DNA of 64,000 nucleotides, taken from Candidatus Uhrbacteria bacterium (GTDB lineage: Bacteria; Patescibacteriota; Patescibacteriia; UBA9934; GWF2-40-263). Location of the stretch: NCBI GenBank assembly GCA_016844925.1, contig JAERTI010000056.1:6978-70977 (forward strand). Direction: 5' to 3'. Positions 46,694 to 55,646 of the stretch are shown in pieces. The first letter of the stretch is position 1. Every line of letters begins with the position of its first letter. Position numbers and translations under genes: made by a program. Below the pieces are notes generated by a model. That model did not search any database. It was not told the DNA's origin and saw nothing but the letters and a program-made list of their open reading frames with translations.

Positions 46694-46723
46694 CAAAAAA
46701 CCACCATTGCTGGTGATTTTTTC
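46694..46723. terminator. bidirectional intrinsic terminator, separating the upstream minus-strand operon from the MutS-HNH promoter region
   Basis: AAAAAACCACCA-ttgc-TGGTGATTTTTT. Confidence 0.7.
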
Positions 46724-46768
46724 TTGGCTCCCGCTACTGGACGCATTCAGAACAGCGAAATGGTCAGA

Positions 46769-46791
46769 TTTGAAGCCGATGATGGTTCAGT
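46769..46791 (+). repeat. direct-repeat copy B (TTGAAGCCGATGATGGTTCAGT), 5' of the MutS-HNH gene
   Basis: Matches 43652-43673 at 20 of 22 positions. Confidence 0.6.
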
Positions 46792-46800
46792 TTGTTTGAG

Positions 46801-47190
46801 CTACTTTTTGAATCTTTCGACTCGTGTTGAATAGTCAGCATAATCGAAGGTCACTACTGCAATCCAAAACAAGAACAATGCCAATCGAAAGACAAGAACA
46901 TTTCCGACCATCAATACGAGCAGTACATCCAATGTAATAAAGAGCATTCCGATCACAATCATTGAAAAGAACGTTGTAACATGACCCCAGATGAGGGCAT
47001 TTTTTGTTTCGGCATTCTTGTAACTGTAAATGAAGTTTGATGTGATGGGGGCTATGACGATCAGTCCAACAAAAAGAAGTAAGGTATCCAATCTTTCAAC
47101 TGGCATTCGAGCAACTTCGTGTTGCGTGAGTATGTAGAAAGGAATAAGCACCACATGTATTAGAATGTTTTTTGAGACAATCGATTTCAT
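46801..47190 (-). CDS. membrane protein (4 TM), unknown; in the AT-rich element
   Basis: Hydrophobic helices; no motif. Confidence 0.45.
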   Translation of the reverse strand: MKSIVSKNILIHVVLIPFYILTQHEVARMPVERLDTLLLFVGLIVIAPITSNFIYSYKNAETKNALIWGHVTTFFSMIVIGMLFITLDVLLVLMVGNVLVFRLALFLFWIAVVTFDYADYSTRVERFKK

Positions 47191-47205
47191 AAAAGTTTGT
47201 ATTTG

Positions 47206-47415
47206 TTACTTGTTTTTTGGAGTATACGTAATCATTTCCTTTCCGTAATACTCATTCACGGCAGCGGCGGCGGCAACTTTGAGCTGCTCCAGCTCTTTCT
47301 GTGAACTCAAAGGTTCATTGTTCATCATTTTTTCGATCAAAAGAGAGTTCAATTTTGTTTGAAATTGAAGTTCAATGATCGTTTTTCCAATGTCGATGTC
47401 TCCGATTTTGATCAT
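47206..47415 (-). CDS. small hypothetical protein
   Basis: 69-aa ORF, 1 nt from the upstream gene. Confidence 0.35.
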   Translation of the reverse strand: MIKIGDIDIGKTIIELQFQTKLNSLLIEKMMNNEPLSSQKELEQLKVAAAAAVNEYYGKEMITYTPKNK

Positions 47416-47416
47416 A

Positions 47417-47746
47417 CTATCTTGTATTTACCTCCTGTCGCAGGCTTTCGTTTTCTTCCTGCAAAATCCGAATCTGCTCCAAGAGCGAGGAATAGGCTTC
47501 TCCACGGTCATTCAACAACTCTTCAATCACTTGATCATTTGAAGAAACTTCACCTTTTGTCTCGTATACGATCTTACCAAGGTCAATCATCTCGGTAAGC
47601 ACGAAAACAAACGCAGCAACAACAAAAGCTACCAAAATGTAGCTCATAGTATTTTGTTGGATTTGTTGTGCGTGGTATTTGATCCTGTCCGTAATGGTCA
47701 GATCGCCACCCGTTTCGATTTTCAGTTTTTCATCGGGCATACTCAT
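47417..47746 (-). CDS. single-TM coiled-coil protein, unknown
   Basis: TM segment MSYILVAFVVAAFVFVL followed by a coiled-coil tail. Confidence 0.4.
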   Translation of the reverse strand: MSMPDEKLKIETGGDLTITDRIKYHAQQIQQNTMSYILVAFVVAAFVFVLTEMIDLGKIVYETKGEVSSNDQVIEELLNDRGEAYSSLLEQIRILQEENESLRQEVNTR

Positions 47747-47832
47747 TACAATTTTGTCACATCACTTGAATGCGTAAAGTATAGCAAAATAGCAGTTTTT
47801 TCGGTAGTATTACCGTAAATTGACCCAAAGAT

Positions 47833-48966
47833 GTGATCAAAACTGTAACAGACAGCCTGCAACGACAATACGATACGTTCATCGATGAGCCAGATGACTG
47901 GTTTTTCTTTTTGGGCTTGGCCGAGTACATGCAGTATTTGCGTACAACCGAGCTGACAATCCCGCTCATCGAAGGCGTTGAAGAGCAAATGCACCAATTT
48001 GACGATGAGTTCAAGCAGATCCATGCAGCCGTTGAAAAAGAAGCCAAACGAGCTTTTGAGGTCATTCAGGGGCGTATAGCAAAAGCAGGGATCGAAGATG
48101 AAATCATTGAGCGTGAAACAAACGAGTATCACGGTTTTCTTGACGGCACATGGAGCAGCACCGCAAGCCTTGGGCAAAGCCTCTATCGAAACGTGCGAAA
48201 CATCGTGGAAAGACTGCGAAAACTGGATAGAGATGATCTGGTCAAGGAATACTTTGTTCCGTTTGTTCCTGATCCAAAGTTGACTGAAATCTACACAATT
48301 ACACCAAGCCGTGACCGACTTGATGACCTTGAAAAGAAACAAGAGCAATCAAAGAAAACGCAGATTTGGGGTAGCTATTGGCACTTGGAACGTGCCAGAT
48401 GGGCAATCATGGACGGGTTGGACTACATGAACAGGCAGAAAGGAACCTTGCGTGGATCATTGAACCGCATCAATGCGAGTCCTCTGATCCGTGAAATGGC
48501 CGCCATGGAACGACGAGATCCAAATCCGCAACTGCAACGGTTCATCAAAAGAGATTACCTATTTCATGCTCGACGGTTTCACACGTTTGTTTTGAATACT
48601 CTCGCCAAGGTTCCAAAGTATTTGCTCGATGATCAGGAAAACAAAGATGCTGGTAGTGTTCAGCTTGCATACAGCGACGGCACAATCCACATCAGGGGAC
48701 AGTCACTCAGAATTACAAAGCGGCAGCATTCACTCCAAAATCGTCTCATGTTGAAGCTGTTTAGCGATCTGTATGTAAAGTGGGATTTTGAGGATGTTTT
48801 TGATGACCTGTACGAAGAGTCCCGTGGTAAAGATGATTGGAAAAAGCTGTACAAATTGATTGATGCCGTAAACGACAAAGTAGCCGTTGAATCAGATGCC
48901 AAGGAATTGATCCGCAAGAATCGTTACGAGATTTGGATTGATCCTGACTACCTGCCACCGAAGTAG
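47833..48966 (+). CDS. hypothetical protein (377 aa) in the element; possible C-terminal winged-helix domain
   Basis: Long ORF with no motif. The antisense 200-aa ORF is treated as a shadow. Confidence 0.45.
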   Translation: MIKTVTDSLQRQYDTFIDEPDDWFFFLGLAEYMQYLRTTELTIPLIEGVEEQMHQFDDEFKQIHAAVEKEAKRAFEVIQGRIAKAGIEDEIIERETNEYHGFLDGTWSSTASLGQSLYRNVRNIVERLRKLDRDDLVKEYFVPFVPDPKLTEIYTITPSRDRLDDLEKKQEQSKKTQIWGSYWHLERARWAIMDGLDYMNRQKGTLRGSLNRINASPLIREMAAMERRDPNPQLQRFIKRDYLFHARRFHTFVLNTLAKVPKYLLDDQENKDAGSVQLAYSDGTIHIRGQSLRITKRQHSLQNRLMLKLFSDLYVKWDFEDVFDDLYEESRGKDDWKKLYKLIDAVNDKVAVESDAKELIRKNRYEIWIDPDYLPPK

Positions 48967-49149
48967 TCCCAAAAGTCCTACAACATTTCAGAACCTCCAT
49001 TTGAGTATCGTGCCTCTGTAAAGATTCACGGTACTTTTTTGTGTCTGACGACGTAGTAATAAAACAAGAACGAATACCCGTCGATCCGAAGGTCGTCGAG
49101 TTCTTTGCGCTGCTCAACGAACTCGGACAAAAGTACGCTCCCGAACTCT

Positions 49150-49413
49150 ATGAAAATCAAGGACATTCAGATCATCCCAATCAGACCTCGTGATGGACTT
49201 GTCGGCTTTGCCAACGTCACGCTCGAAGACGGCCTCCATCTTGGCTCTATCGGCATTCACAAACGACTGGATGGTAGCGGTTACCGTATCACGTATCCAA
49301 CGAAGAAAGTCGGATCAGTAGATACACATATCTACCACCCAACAACGACGCAAACAAGCAGATTGATCGAGCAAGCCGTTACGCAAAGAGCAGAAGAGTT
49401 GTTCGACCTGTAA
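49150..49413 (+). CDS. spoVG: SpoVG-family protein
   Basis: MKIKDIQIIPIRPRDGLVGFANVTLEDGLHLGSIGIHKRLDGSGYRITYPTKK follows the SpoVG pattern (M.ITDVR....G..KA.A.ITLD..F.V.DI.V.....GLFV.MPS.K). Start at the internal ATG. Confidence 0.6.
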   Translation: MKIKDIQIIPIRPRDGLVGFANVTLEDGLHLGSIGIHKRLDGSGYRITYPTKKVGSVDTHIYHPTTTQTSRLIEQAVTQRAEELFDL

Positions 49414-49445
49414 CGGCAAATCAAAGATGTAACAAAGACGTAACT

Positions 49446-50600
49446 ATGATTGACACCGTTGTAATTATGCTTGACAAAGGCCACTACTTCATCACAGATC
49501 CGCAACGCTTTTCGCCCGCCCTGATGGTTCGAGATGAAGAAAACATTCCCTATACAAAGCATGTAAACAATCCAACAAAGCGGCAGAAAGAGGATGTCTA
49601 CTATCCTCGACTGACTTTGCACTATCGCTCATATGGAAAGAAGTTCGAGCAACCTCTCGCTATTGAGTTTTCTGTACCAAAACTACTGTATGGCAACAAC
49701 CTCGATGAGCTTGAAGATTCAGATTTCAAAACGATTGTCAGCACCCTCAAACGTCGCTGCGATGAGATGGGAGTCAAAATCTGGGTCGGATCGCTCGACA
49801 ACGCACACGTTTCAACAATCCATTTTGGAAAAAACATTGAGTTGAAAGACGGCTATACCAGCACGCTTGCGATTCAAGAAATTGCCAAGCTGCACGGCTC
49901 AACACAGCAAGACCACAACAAGGCGGACTTTCGCAACGAAGGTCATGCGTACCAGATCTACACAAAGAACAGATCAATCGTTCTGTACGACAAAATGGCT
50001 GACATCAACAAGCCTGTCAGCCGAGCCATCGACAAGGACAAGGTAGCTGCCCAGCTTTCACTCTTCGATGTTCTCAAAGAACAAAACAAGCCACCTGAAA
50101 TCCTGCGTATCGAAGTCCGATACACCAACCGACGACTTCTCAAAACCGAGCTTTCAAGGCTCGGCATCAACGTGGAGCTGACATTCCAACAGCTTTTCAG
50201 CAAAGTGATCGCCCAGAAGGTCTTGCAATCACATTGGGAGCGTATCTATGACAAGCGAGTACATTTCGCTCTTTCGATGGAACGTAGGCCGCAAGCTGTT
50301 CTCAAACAGCTTCTACTCACGCACCCAGACATGAAACCGAAACGTGCCATTGAATTGGTTGGCATGTACGTCTTGGCACGTGACAATGCTGGACTGCTTG
50401 GCGTGCGTACAGCTGTGCAATCACTTCGACCAAAAACAAATTGGCATCGCTTCAAAAAGCAGCTCGAAGCATTTGAAGACCCACCGTTTCCGCTTGTTGT
50501 TCACGGCTTCGTGAATGACATCAAAACACAGCTCAAAGACTTCAAATCGCTTCGGTATTCAGTTGCTGTCGATGCCGATGTGCGACATAATCAATCATAA
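49446..50600 (+). CDS. putative replication initiation protein (Rep_trans-like rolling-circle initiator)
   Basis: 384 aa with HAYQIYTKNRSIVLYDK and EILRIEVRY motifs resembling the Rep_trans family. Lies upstream of the recombinase. Assignment is tentative. Confidence 0.35.
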   Translation: MIDTVVIMLDKGHYFITDPQRFSPALMVRDEENIPYTKHVNNPTKRQKEDVYYPRLTLHYRSYGKKFEQPLAIEFSVPKLLYGNNLDELEDSDFKTIVSTLKRRCDEMGVKIWVGSLDNAHVSTIHFGKNIELKDGYTSTLAIQEIAKLHGSTQQDHNKADFRNEGHAYQIYTKNRSIVLYDKMADINKPVSRAIDKDKVAAQLSLFDVLKEQNKPPEILRIEVRYTNRRLLKTELSRLGINVELTFQQLFSKVIAQKVLQSHWERIYDKRVHFALSMERRPQAVLKQLLLTHPDMKPKRAIELVGMYVLARDNAGLLGVRTAVQSLRPKTNWHRFKKQLEAFEDPPFPLVVHGFVNDIKTQLKDFKSLRYSVAVDADVRHNQS

Positions 50601-50612
50601 GAACGTCATACT

Positions 50613-52175
50613 ATGCGTGGAATCATTCTTGCCAGAGTCTCAACCGACGAACAAATGCAAACAGGGCAATCAATCCCTGCTCAACTTGAACGTGCAAGAC
50701 TCTACTCAAACAAAAAATCACTCATCGTTGCAGATGACGACGAGTACCAGTTCGACGAATCATCGCTACTGGATCATCGAAAGAAGTTCGAGGCTGTTCT
50801 CGACAAGATTCGTGCATCCAAAGAACCGATAGCCTTGGTCGTCGAAACTGTTGATCGCTTGCAACGCAGTTTCAAGGAATCCGTTGAACTGGATGCGCTT
50901 CGTAAATCAGGAAAGCTCGAAATCCACTTCATCCGTGAAAACCTTGTCATCCACAAGGATTCAACGGGATCAGAGATTCAACGATGGGATCTTGCCGTAT
51001 TTACGGCCAAGTCCTACGTGTTGAGTATTAGCGACAACGTGAAGCGAACTTTTGAACGAAAGATCCGTGACGGGCAATGGCTCGGCATGGCCTACATCGG
51101 CTACCTCAACGAACGAAGCGATGACGACAAAGAAGGTTTGATCGTACCCGACCCAGAACGTGCCATGTTCATCGTACGAGCCTACGAGCTATACGCAACT
51201 GGCCTTGAATCGCTTGCCAGCGTCCGTGAGAAGCTCATAGATGCAGGTTTCCGCACTCGAAAGGGCAACAAGCCTTCCAAGAGTCAGATTGAACGTATCC
51301 TCAAAAACAAGTTCTACTACGGCATCATGACTGTGAAGGGCAAAGAATACCCACACAAGTACCAGCCGCTCATCTCAAAGGGTTTGTTCGACAAAGTTCA
51401 AGATGTTTTTGCTGGCAAGACCAGTCGACCAAACAAAGTGCTGACCTCTGACAGGTTCATCTTCAAAGGTCTCATTCGCTGCGGTCATCCTGATTGTGGT
51501 TGTACGGTCACGCACGAGCGAAAGAAAAAGAAATACAACATGTACAGCTGCACGAACTCAAAGAAAGTTCATGAAGGACGGAAGTACATCAACGAAGAAG
51601 ATTTCTTGACGCAAATCTACGGCGTATTTGAGGCTCTGACGCTTTCTGACGAGCAAGTCGAGGAAATCACCGAAGAGATCAAGAAATCGCAAGCAGCGAA
51701 GAATCTGTATCACACGAATGCTTTGAAGGGCTTGCGTGAAAAATACGACAGCTACCAAGGCAAGATCGACCGTCTTCTCGACTTATTTGTTGATGGGAGT
51801 ATTACTAAGGCGGATCATGACAGAAAGTTGAAACAGTACAAAGAAGAACAGTATGACATTGAGCGTCAGATCACCGACCACACACAGGCAGACGAAAACT
51901 TCTATTTGTCCGCAACCCAGCTACTAAACGTTGCTCGTCACGCTCGTGTGATCTTTGAGCGTTCGGAACCACAAGAAAAACGCCAACTTCTCAATTTTGT
52001 ATTTCAGAACTTCGTTTTGAACGATCGTGAATTGGTTTACGAAGTCAGAAGTCCAATGAAATCAATCATTTCCTGCAAGGAAGCAGCGTCACACAAACAT
52101 AAAACGACCAGCGTTTCTGCTGATCGTCCTATGTGGCTCGGGGGGAGGGATTCGAACCCTCGACCCATTGGTTAA
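50613..52175 (+). CDS. large serine recombinase/integrase
   Basis: N-terminal resolvase domain with catalytic Ser in GIILARVSTDEQ, a recombinase domain, a zinc ribbon (CGHPDCGC...YSCTNS) and a coiled coil. The last roughly 14 codons (GGRDSNPRPIG) are read from the antisense of the tRNA-Asn 3' half. Confidence 0.85.
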   Translation: MRGIILARVSTDEQMQTGQSIPAQLERARLYSNKKSLIVADDDEYQFDESSLLDHRKKFEAVLDKIRASKEPIALVVETVDRLQRSFKESVELDALRKSGKLEIHFIRENLVIHKDSTGSEIQRWDLAVFTAKSYVLSISDNVKRTFERKIRDGQWLGMAYIGYLNERSDDDKEGLIVPDPERAMFIVRAYELYATGLESLASVREKLIDAGFRTRKGNKPSKSQIERILKNKFYYGIMTVKGKEYPHKYQPLISKGLFDKVQDVFAGKTSRPNKVLTSDRFIFKGLIRCGHPDCGCTVTHERKKKKYNMYSCTNSKKVHEGRKYINEEDFLTQIYGVFEALTLSDEQVEEITEEIKKSQAAKNLYHTNALKGLREKYDSYQGKIDRLLDLFVDGSITKADHDRKLKQYKEEQYDIERQITDHTQADENFYLSATQLLNVARHARVIFERSEPQEKRQLLNFVFQNFVLNDRELVYEVRSPMKSIISCKEAASHKHKTTSVSADRPMWLGGRDSNPRPIG

Positions 52176-52208
52176 CAGCCAATTGCTCTGCCACTGAGCT
52201 ACCCCCGA
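52134..52208 (-). tRNA. tRNA-Asn (anticodon GTT), CCA encoded
   Basis: Manual fold: acceptor TCGGGGG/CCCCCGA, D arm GCTC-AGTGGCA-GAGC, anticodon arm ATTGG-CTGTTAA-CCAAT, variable loop GGGTC, T arm GAGGG-TTCGAAT-CCCTC, discriminator G, then CCA. Confidence 0.85.
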
Positions 52209-52254
52209 ATGTTTCTTTTTTTAAGAACGACAGGAGTATAACAAGGGTTTTGAT

Positions 52255-53406
52255 GTGATGCAAGACCTGTTGGGGAGAAGTGATATACTTAGTTCCATGT
52301 TGAACTTTGCGAAGAAAATTTTGCGATTCCGTGCACTAAAACGGTTGTATGCGCGCCATGAGCGGGCGCTTGTGCCGGCGATGCTTTTGATTGGTGTGGT
52401 CGTTGATGTGGTGACGTTTCGGACCATTGAGGTGAATACGGCGTTTCTTGTTTTGGGAGTGTACGCTGTCTTAGCCGGAGTGATGATCGCTCTGATGCAT
52501 TGGTACGACTCGAGCAAGCGACTTATTGAAAAGCCAACAGGGTTCGGGTATCTGCGACTCATCGCACCGCTCATTGTTCAGTTTACTTTTGGTGCGCTGC
52601 TGAGCGCGTCACTGATCTTCTATTGGTTCTCTGGTGCCTTCACCGTCTCATGGCCGTTCATTCTCGCGATCATCCTTCTCATGGGCGCGAACGATGTATT
52701 TCGAGAGCAATACCTCAAGCCGATCGTTCAGCTGAGTGTGTATTACTTCATTCTTTTCTCCGTGCTCTCGGTGGCCTTTCCGTTCCTGTTCAACTCCTTG
52801 AGTAGCTGGGTCTTTGTCTCCGCCGGGATTGCAAGCTTGGTTCTTGCGCTTGTGTATATCCGACTCTTGTTCCTACTAAGGCCTGACCTGCTGCACATGC
52901 GTCCGCATCCGATGATCCCTGTGGGGGTGATCTTTCTTGTGATGAACGGACTGTATTTTCTAAACATCATTCCTCCGATTCCACTCTCGCTCACCGATGC
53001 AGGGGTCTACCATTCCGTGGAGCGCACAGGATCTACGTACACAGTTCTAGCTGAAGAGGAGAGTTTGATCGATCAAATCCTTCCAGGTGAGACGATTCAC
53101 GCAGTTCCAGGAGAGCGGATCTATGTGTACGCTTCGATCTTTGCGCCGGTCGATCTGAACACGACAGTTGTTCATCATTGGCAGCGTTACATTGAAGGGC
53201 AGGGGTGGGTGAGTGTGAATCGGCTTTCGTACAATATTAGTGGCGGTAGAGCTGATGGTTATAGGGGCTATTCTTATGCAACATCACACTCCCCAGGTAC
53301 CTGGAGAGTGGACGTGGAAACACAGCGAGGGCAAGTGATTGGTCGTGTGCGGTTTGAAATCGAGGAGCCTGATGGTCCTCTGGCTCTCATTGAACACAAA
53401 AAATAA
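52255..53406 (+). CDS. polytopic membrane protein with a C-terminal soluble beta-rich domain (DUF2914-like)
   Basis: About 8 TM helices, then a 120-aa C-terminal domain; no catalytic motif. Confidence 0.45.
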   Translation: MMQDLLGRSDILSSMLNFAKKILRFRALKRLYARHERALVPAMLLIGVVVDVVTFRTIEVNTAFLVLGVYAVLAGVMIALMHWYDSSKRLIEKPTGFGYLRLIAPLIVQFTFGALLSASLIFYWFSGAFTVSWPFILAIILLMGANDVFREQYLKPIVQLSVYYFILFSVLSVAFPFLFNSLSSWVFVSAGIASLVLALVYIRLLFLLRPDLLHMRPHPMIPVGVIFLVMNGLYFLNIIPPIPLSLTDAGVYHSVERTGSTYTVLAEEESLIDQILPGETIHAVPGERIYVYASIFAPVDLNTTVVHHWQRYIEGQGWVSVNRLSYNISGGRADGYRGYSYATSHSPGTWRVDVETQRGQVIGRVRFEIEEPDGPLALIEHKK

Positions 53407-53426
53407 AAAGACTCCCGTGGGGAGTC
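53401..53426 (-). terminator. intrinsic terminator for the minus-strand high-GC gene pair
   Basis: GACTCCC-gtg-GGGAGTC with a plus-strand A-run, which is a T-run on the minus strand. Confidence 0.6.
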
Positions 53427-53446
53427 AGGTGTCGAGCGTGTCTCGA

Positions 53447-54130
53447 CTAGGAGCGGGTACACATGTAGTGGGTGTACCCGTTTTCGATGTGCTTGTAGAG
53501 CGAGGCGCAGGCCAGGAACATGGCTGCGGTACCCGCCAGGTCGATCAGGATCGGCATCATCTTCAGCGTGGCCAGTGGGTTGTCGCCCCAGTAGAGCGGC
53601 CTGGTGCCGAAGACCAGGATCACGATGAACACCACCTCGGCGTACACCTTGTACTTGCCCCACTGGTTGGCACCGCCGGTGTCCAGCTTCAGCCAACGCT
53701 TGACCGGACGGACCAGTGTGAGGGCCAGGGCCAGCAAGGTGATGGCAAAGACGATGCCCTTGTCCACACGCTCCAGACCGACGGTCCAAAGCAGTCCGAT
53801 GAAGCGGATCTTGTCCACCACCGGGTCCAGGGCGCGACCCATGTTGGTCACGCCACGGTGGTTCATCCGCTTCCAGACAGAGAGCTCTTCCTCTCTCTCC
53901 CGGCTCATGACAGGTTCGTCGCTCTGCTGGAACCGCGCGAGCGCGCCGTCCCACCAGTCCGTGAGGAAGCTCAGTGTGAGCACGCCGACGGCGGCCCAGT
54001 CCAGGTCCAGCTGGAACAGTCCGATGCCGATCAGGGCCAGAGCCCCTCCAGCGACTGTGACCCAGCAGGGAGTCGTCCAGTTCAGAGCCTGTCCGATGAC
54101 AGACTCCGAACGGCGCTTCATATCGTTCAT
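53447..54130 (-). CDS. CDP-alcohol phosphatidyltransferase family protein (PgsA/PIPS-like); high GC
   Basis: DWWDGALAR...D motif of CDP-alcohol phosphatidyltransferases and 5-6 TM helices. Start at MNDMKRR. Confidence 0.7.
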   Translation of the reverse strand: MNDMKRRSESVIGQALNWTTPCWVTVAGGALALIGIGLFQLDLDWAAVGVLTLSFLTDWWDGALARFQQSDEPVMSREREEELSVWKRMNHRGVTNMGRALDPVVDKIRFIGLLWTVGLERVDKGIVFAITLLALALTLVRPVKRWLKLDTGGANQWGKYKVYAEVVFIVILVFGTRPLYWGDNPLATLKMMPILIDLAGTAAMFLACASLYKHIENGYTHYMCTRS

Positions 54131-54141
54131 CCTACCTCTCT

Positions 54142-55203
54142 TTACCGCATTGTGCGGAGGTTTCCACCCCAATGGTGGGTGTAGATGACCCAGGCCATGT
54201 CCTCGAGCCAGCTGAGCTGGGTGAGGCGGCCCTGATCACGGAGCACTTCCAGCGGCCCGCCCTGGGGCAGGGGGATTGTGTCCGTGACGATGATCTTGGT
54301 GACGGGGCAGTCATCTGCAGTGAACCGCTCAGCGGCCTTCCCACAGCAGACAGCATGTGTTGCTGCGGCCCAGACGTCATCTGCTCCGTAGCCTCGCAGG
54401 ACCTGACCGAAGTCCATCATCGAGCCGGCCGTAGCGATCTCGTCATCGATCATGGCGACCACTCGACCTTCGACGTCCTCACGTCTTCCGACGATGTCGA
54501 CGATCTTGGTCTTCTTCGCGCTGACTCGTCGCTTCAAGGCGATGATGTCCGGGAAGGTGAGACCGAGCTCCTTCTCGATGGCCTCGCGTGCCGGGTCGTA
54601 ACGCTTGCGAGCGCTGTCGTCCGGGAAGGCGAGGCAGAGCTTCGTGGGGTCCACAGCCATGTCGATCACCTTCTTGAGGAGTCGACGCGTCAGGTAGACG
54701 GGTGTGACGAGGCCAGGCCGGCCCGCCATAGCGATCTGCTCGCTGTGCGGATCTGCGCAGACCCAGCGGTACAGACCCTTGGGTCCGCATGCCGCCTTGG
54801 CCAGCTGCACCAGCATCGGTGGCATGGTGAGCTCCTTGTCACCTTCATCCTTGTCTGAGCGACAGAGGGGGAAGTAGCCGGTGATGACTAGGACCCGAGC
54901 TGCCTTGCGACCACTCATGTACGAGAGGGTCCAGAGCAGGTCCATGACCATCTTGTCCGTGCCGGGGCCCGAACCGATGACCACGCAGTCATGCTCACCG
55001 ATGTGCTTGCTTTCGAGCTGCACGAAGGTCTCGCCGCTGGGGCGCAGGTTGAAGCTCGGAGTGGCGACGTCGACGGGCGTGACACGCTCGCCTTCTCGTG
55101 CTCCTCGTTCTTCGATGTGCCTTGCTACACGCGCGGCAGCAGCCTCGAAGCCGGGGAGAGGGACCAGGGTCAGTCCGCCGTGTTTGTTGAAAGGAGCGTT
55201 CAC
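54142..55203 (-). CDS. ribose-phosphate pyrophosphokinase (PRPP synthetase) family protein; high GC
   Basis: 353 aa with a PRPP-binding-type loop VVAMIDDEIATAGSM, an N-terminal PRS-like domain, and HDCVVIGSG. Confidence 0.6.
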   Translation of the reverse strand: MNAPFNKHGGLTLVPLPGFEAAAARVARHIEERGAREGERVTPVDVATPSFNLRPSGETFVQLESKHIGEHDCVVIGSGPGTDKMVMDLLWTLSYMSGRKAARVLVITGYFPLCRSDKDEGDKELTMPPMLVQLAKAACGPKGLYRWVCADPHSEQIAMAGRPGLVTPVYLTRRLLKKVIDMAVDPTKLCLAFPDDSARKRYDPAREAIEKELGLTFPDIIALKRRVSAKKTKIVDIVGRREDVEGRVVAMIDDEIATAGSMMDFGQVLRGYGADDVWAAATHAVCCGKAAERFTADDCPVTKIIVTDTIPLPQGGPLEVLRDQGRLTQLSWLEDMAWVIYTHHWGGNLRTMR

Positions 55204-55277
55204 GATCGATTCCTCCAGTCCTCAGAATTGAGGAACGTGCAAATCTAACCATAAAACAGCCTCACGTCAAGGCTGTT

Positions 55278-55646
55278 TTATCGTTCTGATCTTGGGTCCC
55301 AGGTGTCTCTAGGCTGCTTCTTTTGATGCGCGTACGCATCATTAATGCTCATTTGTCTCCGCACGTCCTCGAGATCTTTGAGGTCCTGTACGTGTTGCGC
55401 AAGTTTCTCTCGGCGCGCTTTTACGCGAGGGTGCTTACCCGCTTCACCGAGAAGGCGCCCAAAGAGTTTGTTTCGATACTTCCCAGGACGCACCCCCATG
55501 ACATTCAGCGCCTTGCCCGCCGCACCTTTTCCATCTGGATCACGATCGAGGTCTGTGTTGTCGAGTGTGTAGTTAAACTGTTCGACGATCTTATTCCACG
55601 TCTCCTGCTCAATGCGCCGACGTTGTTCGTAAGGAAGGTACCCCAT
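55278..55646 (-). CDS. hypothetical basic protein
   Basis: 122-aa ORF overlapping the metK 3' end by 38 nt. No motif. Could be spurious. Confidence 0.3.
   Translation of the reverse strand: MGYLPYEQRRRIEQETWNKIVEQFNYTLDNTDLDRDPDGKGAAGKALNVMGVRPGKYRNKLFGRLLGEAGKHPRVKARREKLAQHVQDLKDLEDVRRQMSINDAYAHQKKQPRDTWDPRSER

Larger units (their letters stand above)
43640..52140. mobile_element. putative integrative element (serine-recombinase type) inserted at the tRNA-Asn 3' end; left boundary uncertain (either about 43.64 kb or about 46.7 kb)
   Basis: Recombinase ORF overlaps the tRNA 3' end. The segment is clearly more AT-rich than the flanking GST and DUF2914-like genes. Cargo is Rep-like, SpoVG-like, MutS-HNH and unknown small proteins. 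Confidence 0.5.

Noticed and set aside
47746-48348. 200-aa minus-strand ORF overlapping the 377-aa plus-strand gene
   Set aside because: Shorter, Cys/Phe-rich and junk-like. The plus-strand ORF is longer and contiguous with an upstream intergenic promoter region.
53339-54858. Plus-strand ORFs (281 aa, 194 aa, 228 aa) over the pgsA-like and prs-like genes
   Set aside because: Antisense shadows. The minus-strand products carry the CDP-alcohol phosphatidyltransferase and PRPP-binding motifs.
55278-55646. 122-aa ORF overlapping the metK 3' end as a confident gene
   Set aside because: Kept only at low confidence. It overlaps metK by 38 nt, is basic and low-complexity, and may be a spurious ORF in GC-rich DNA.
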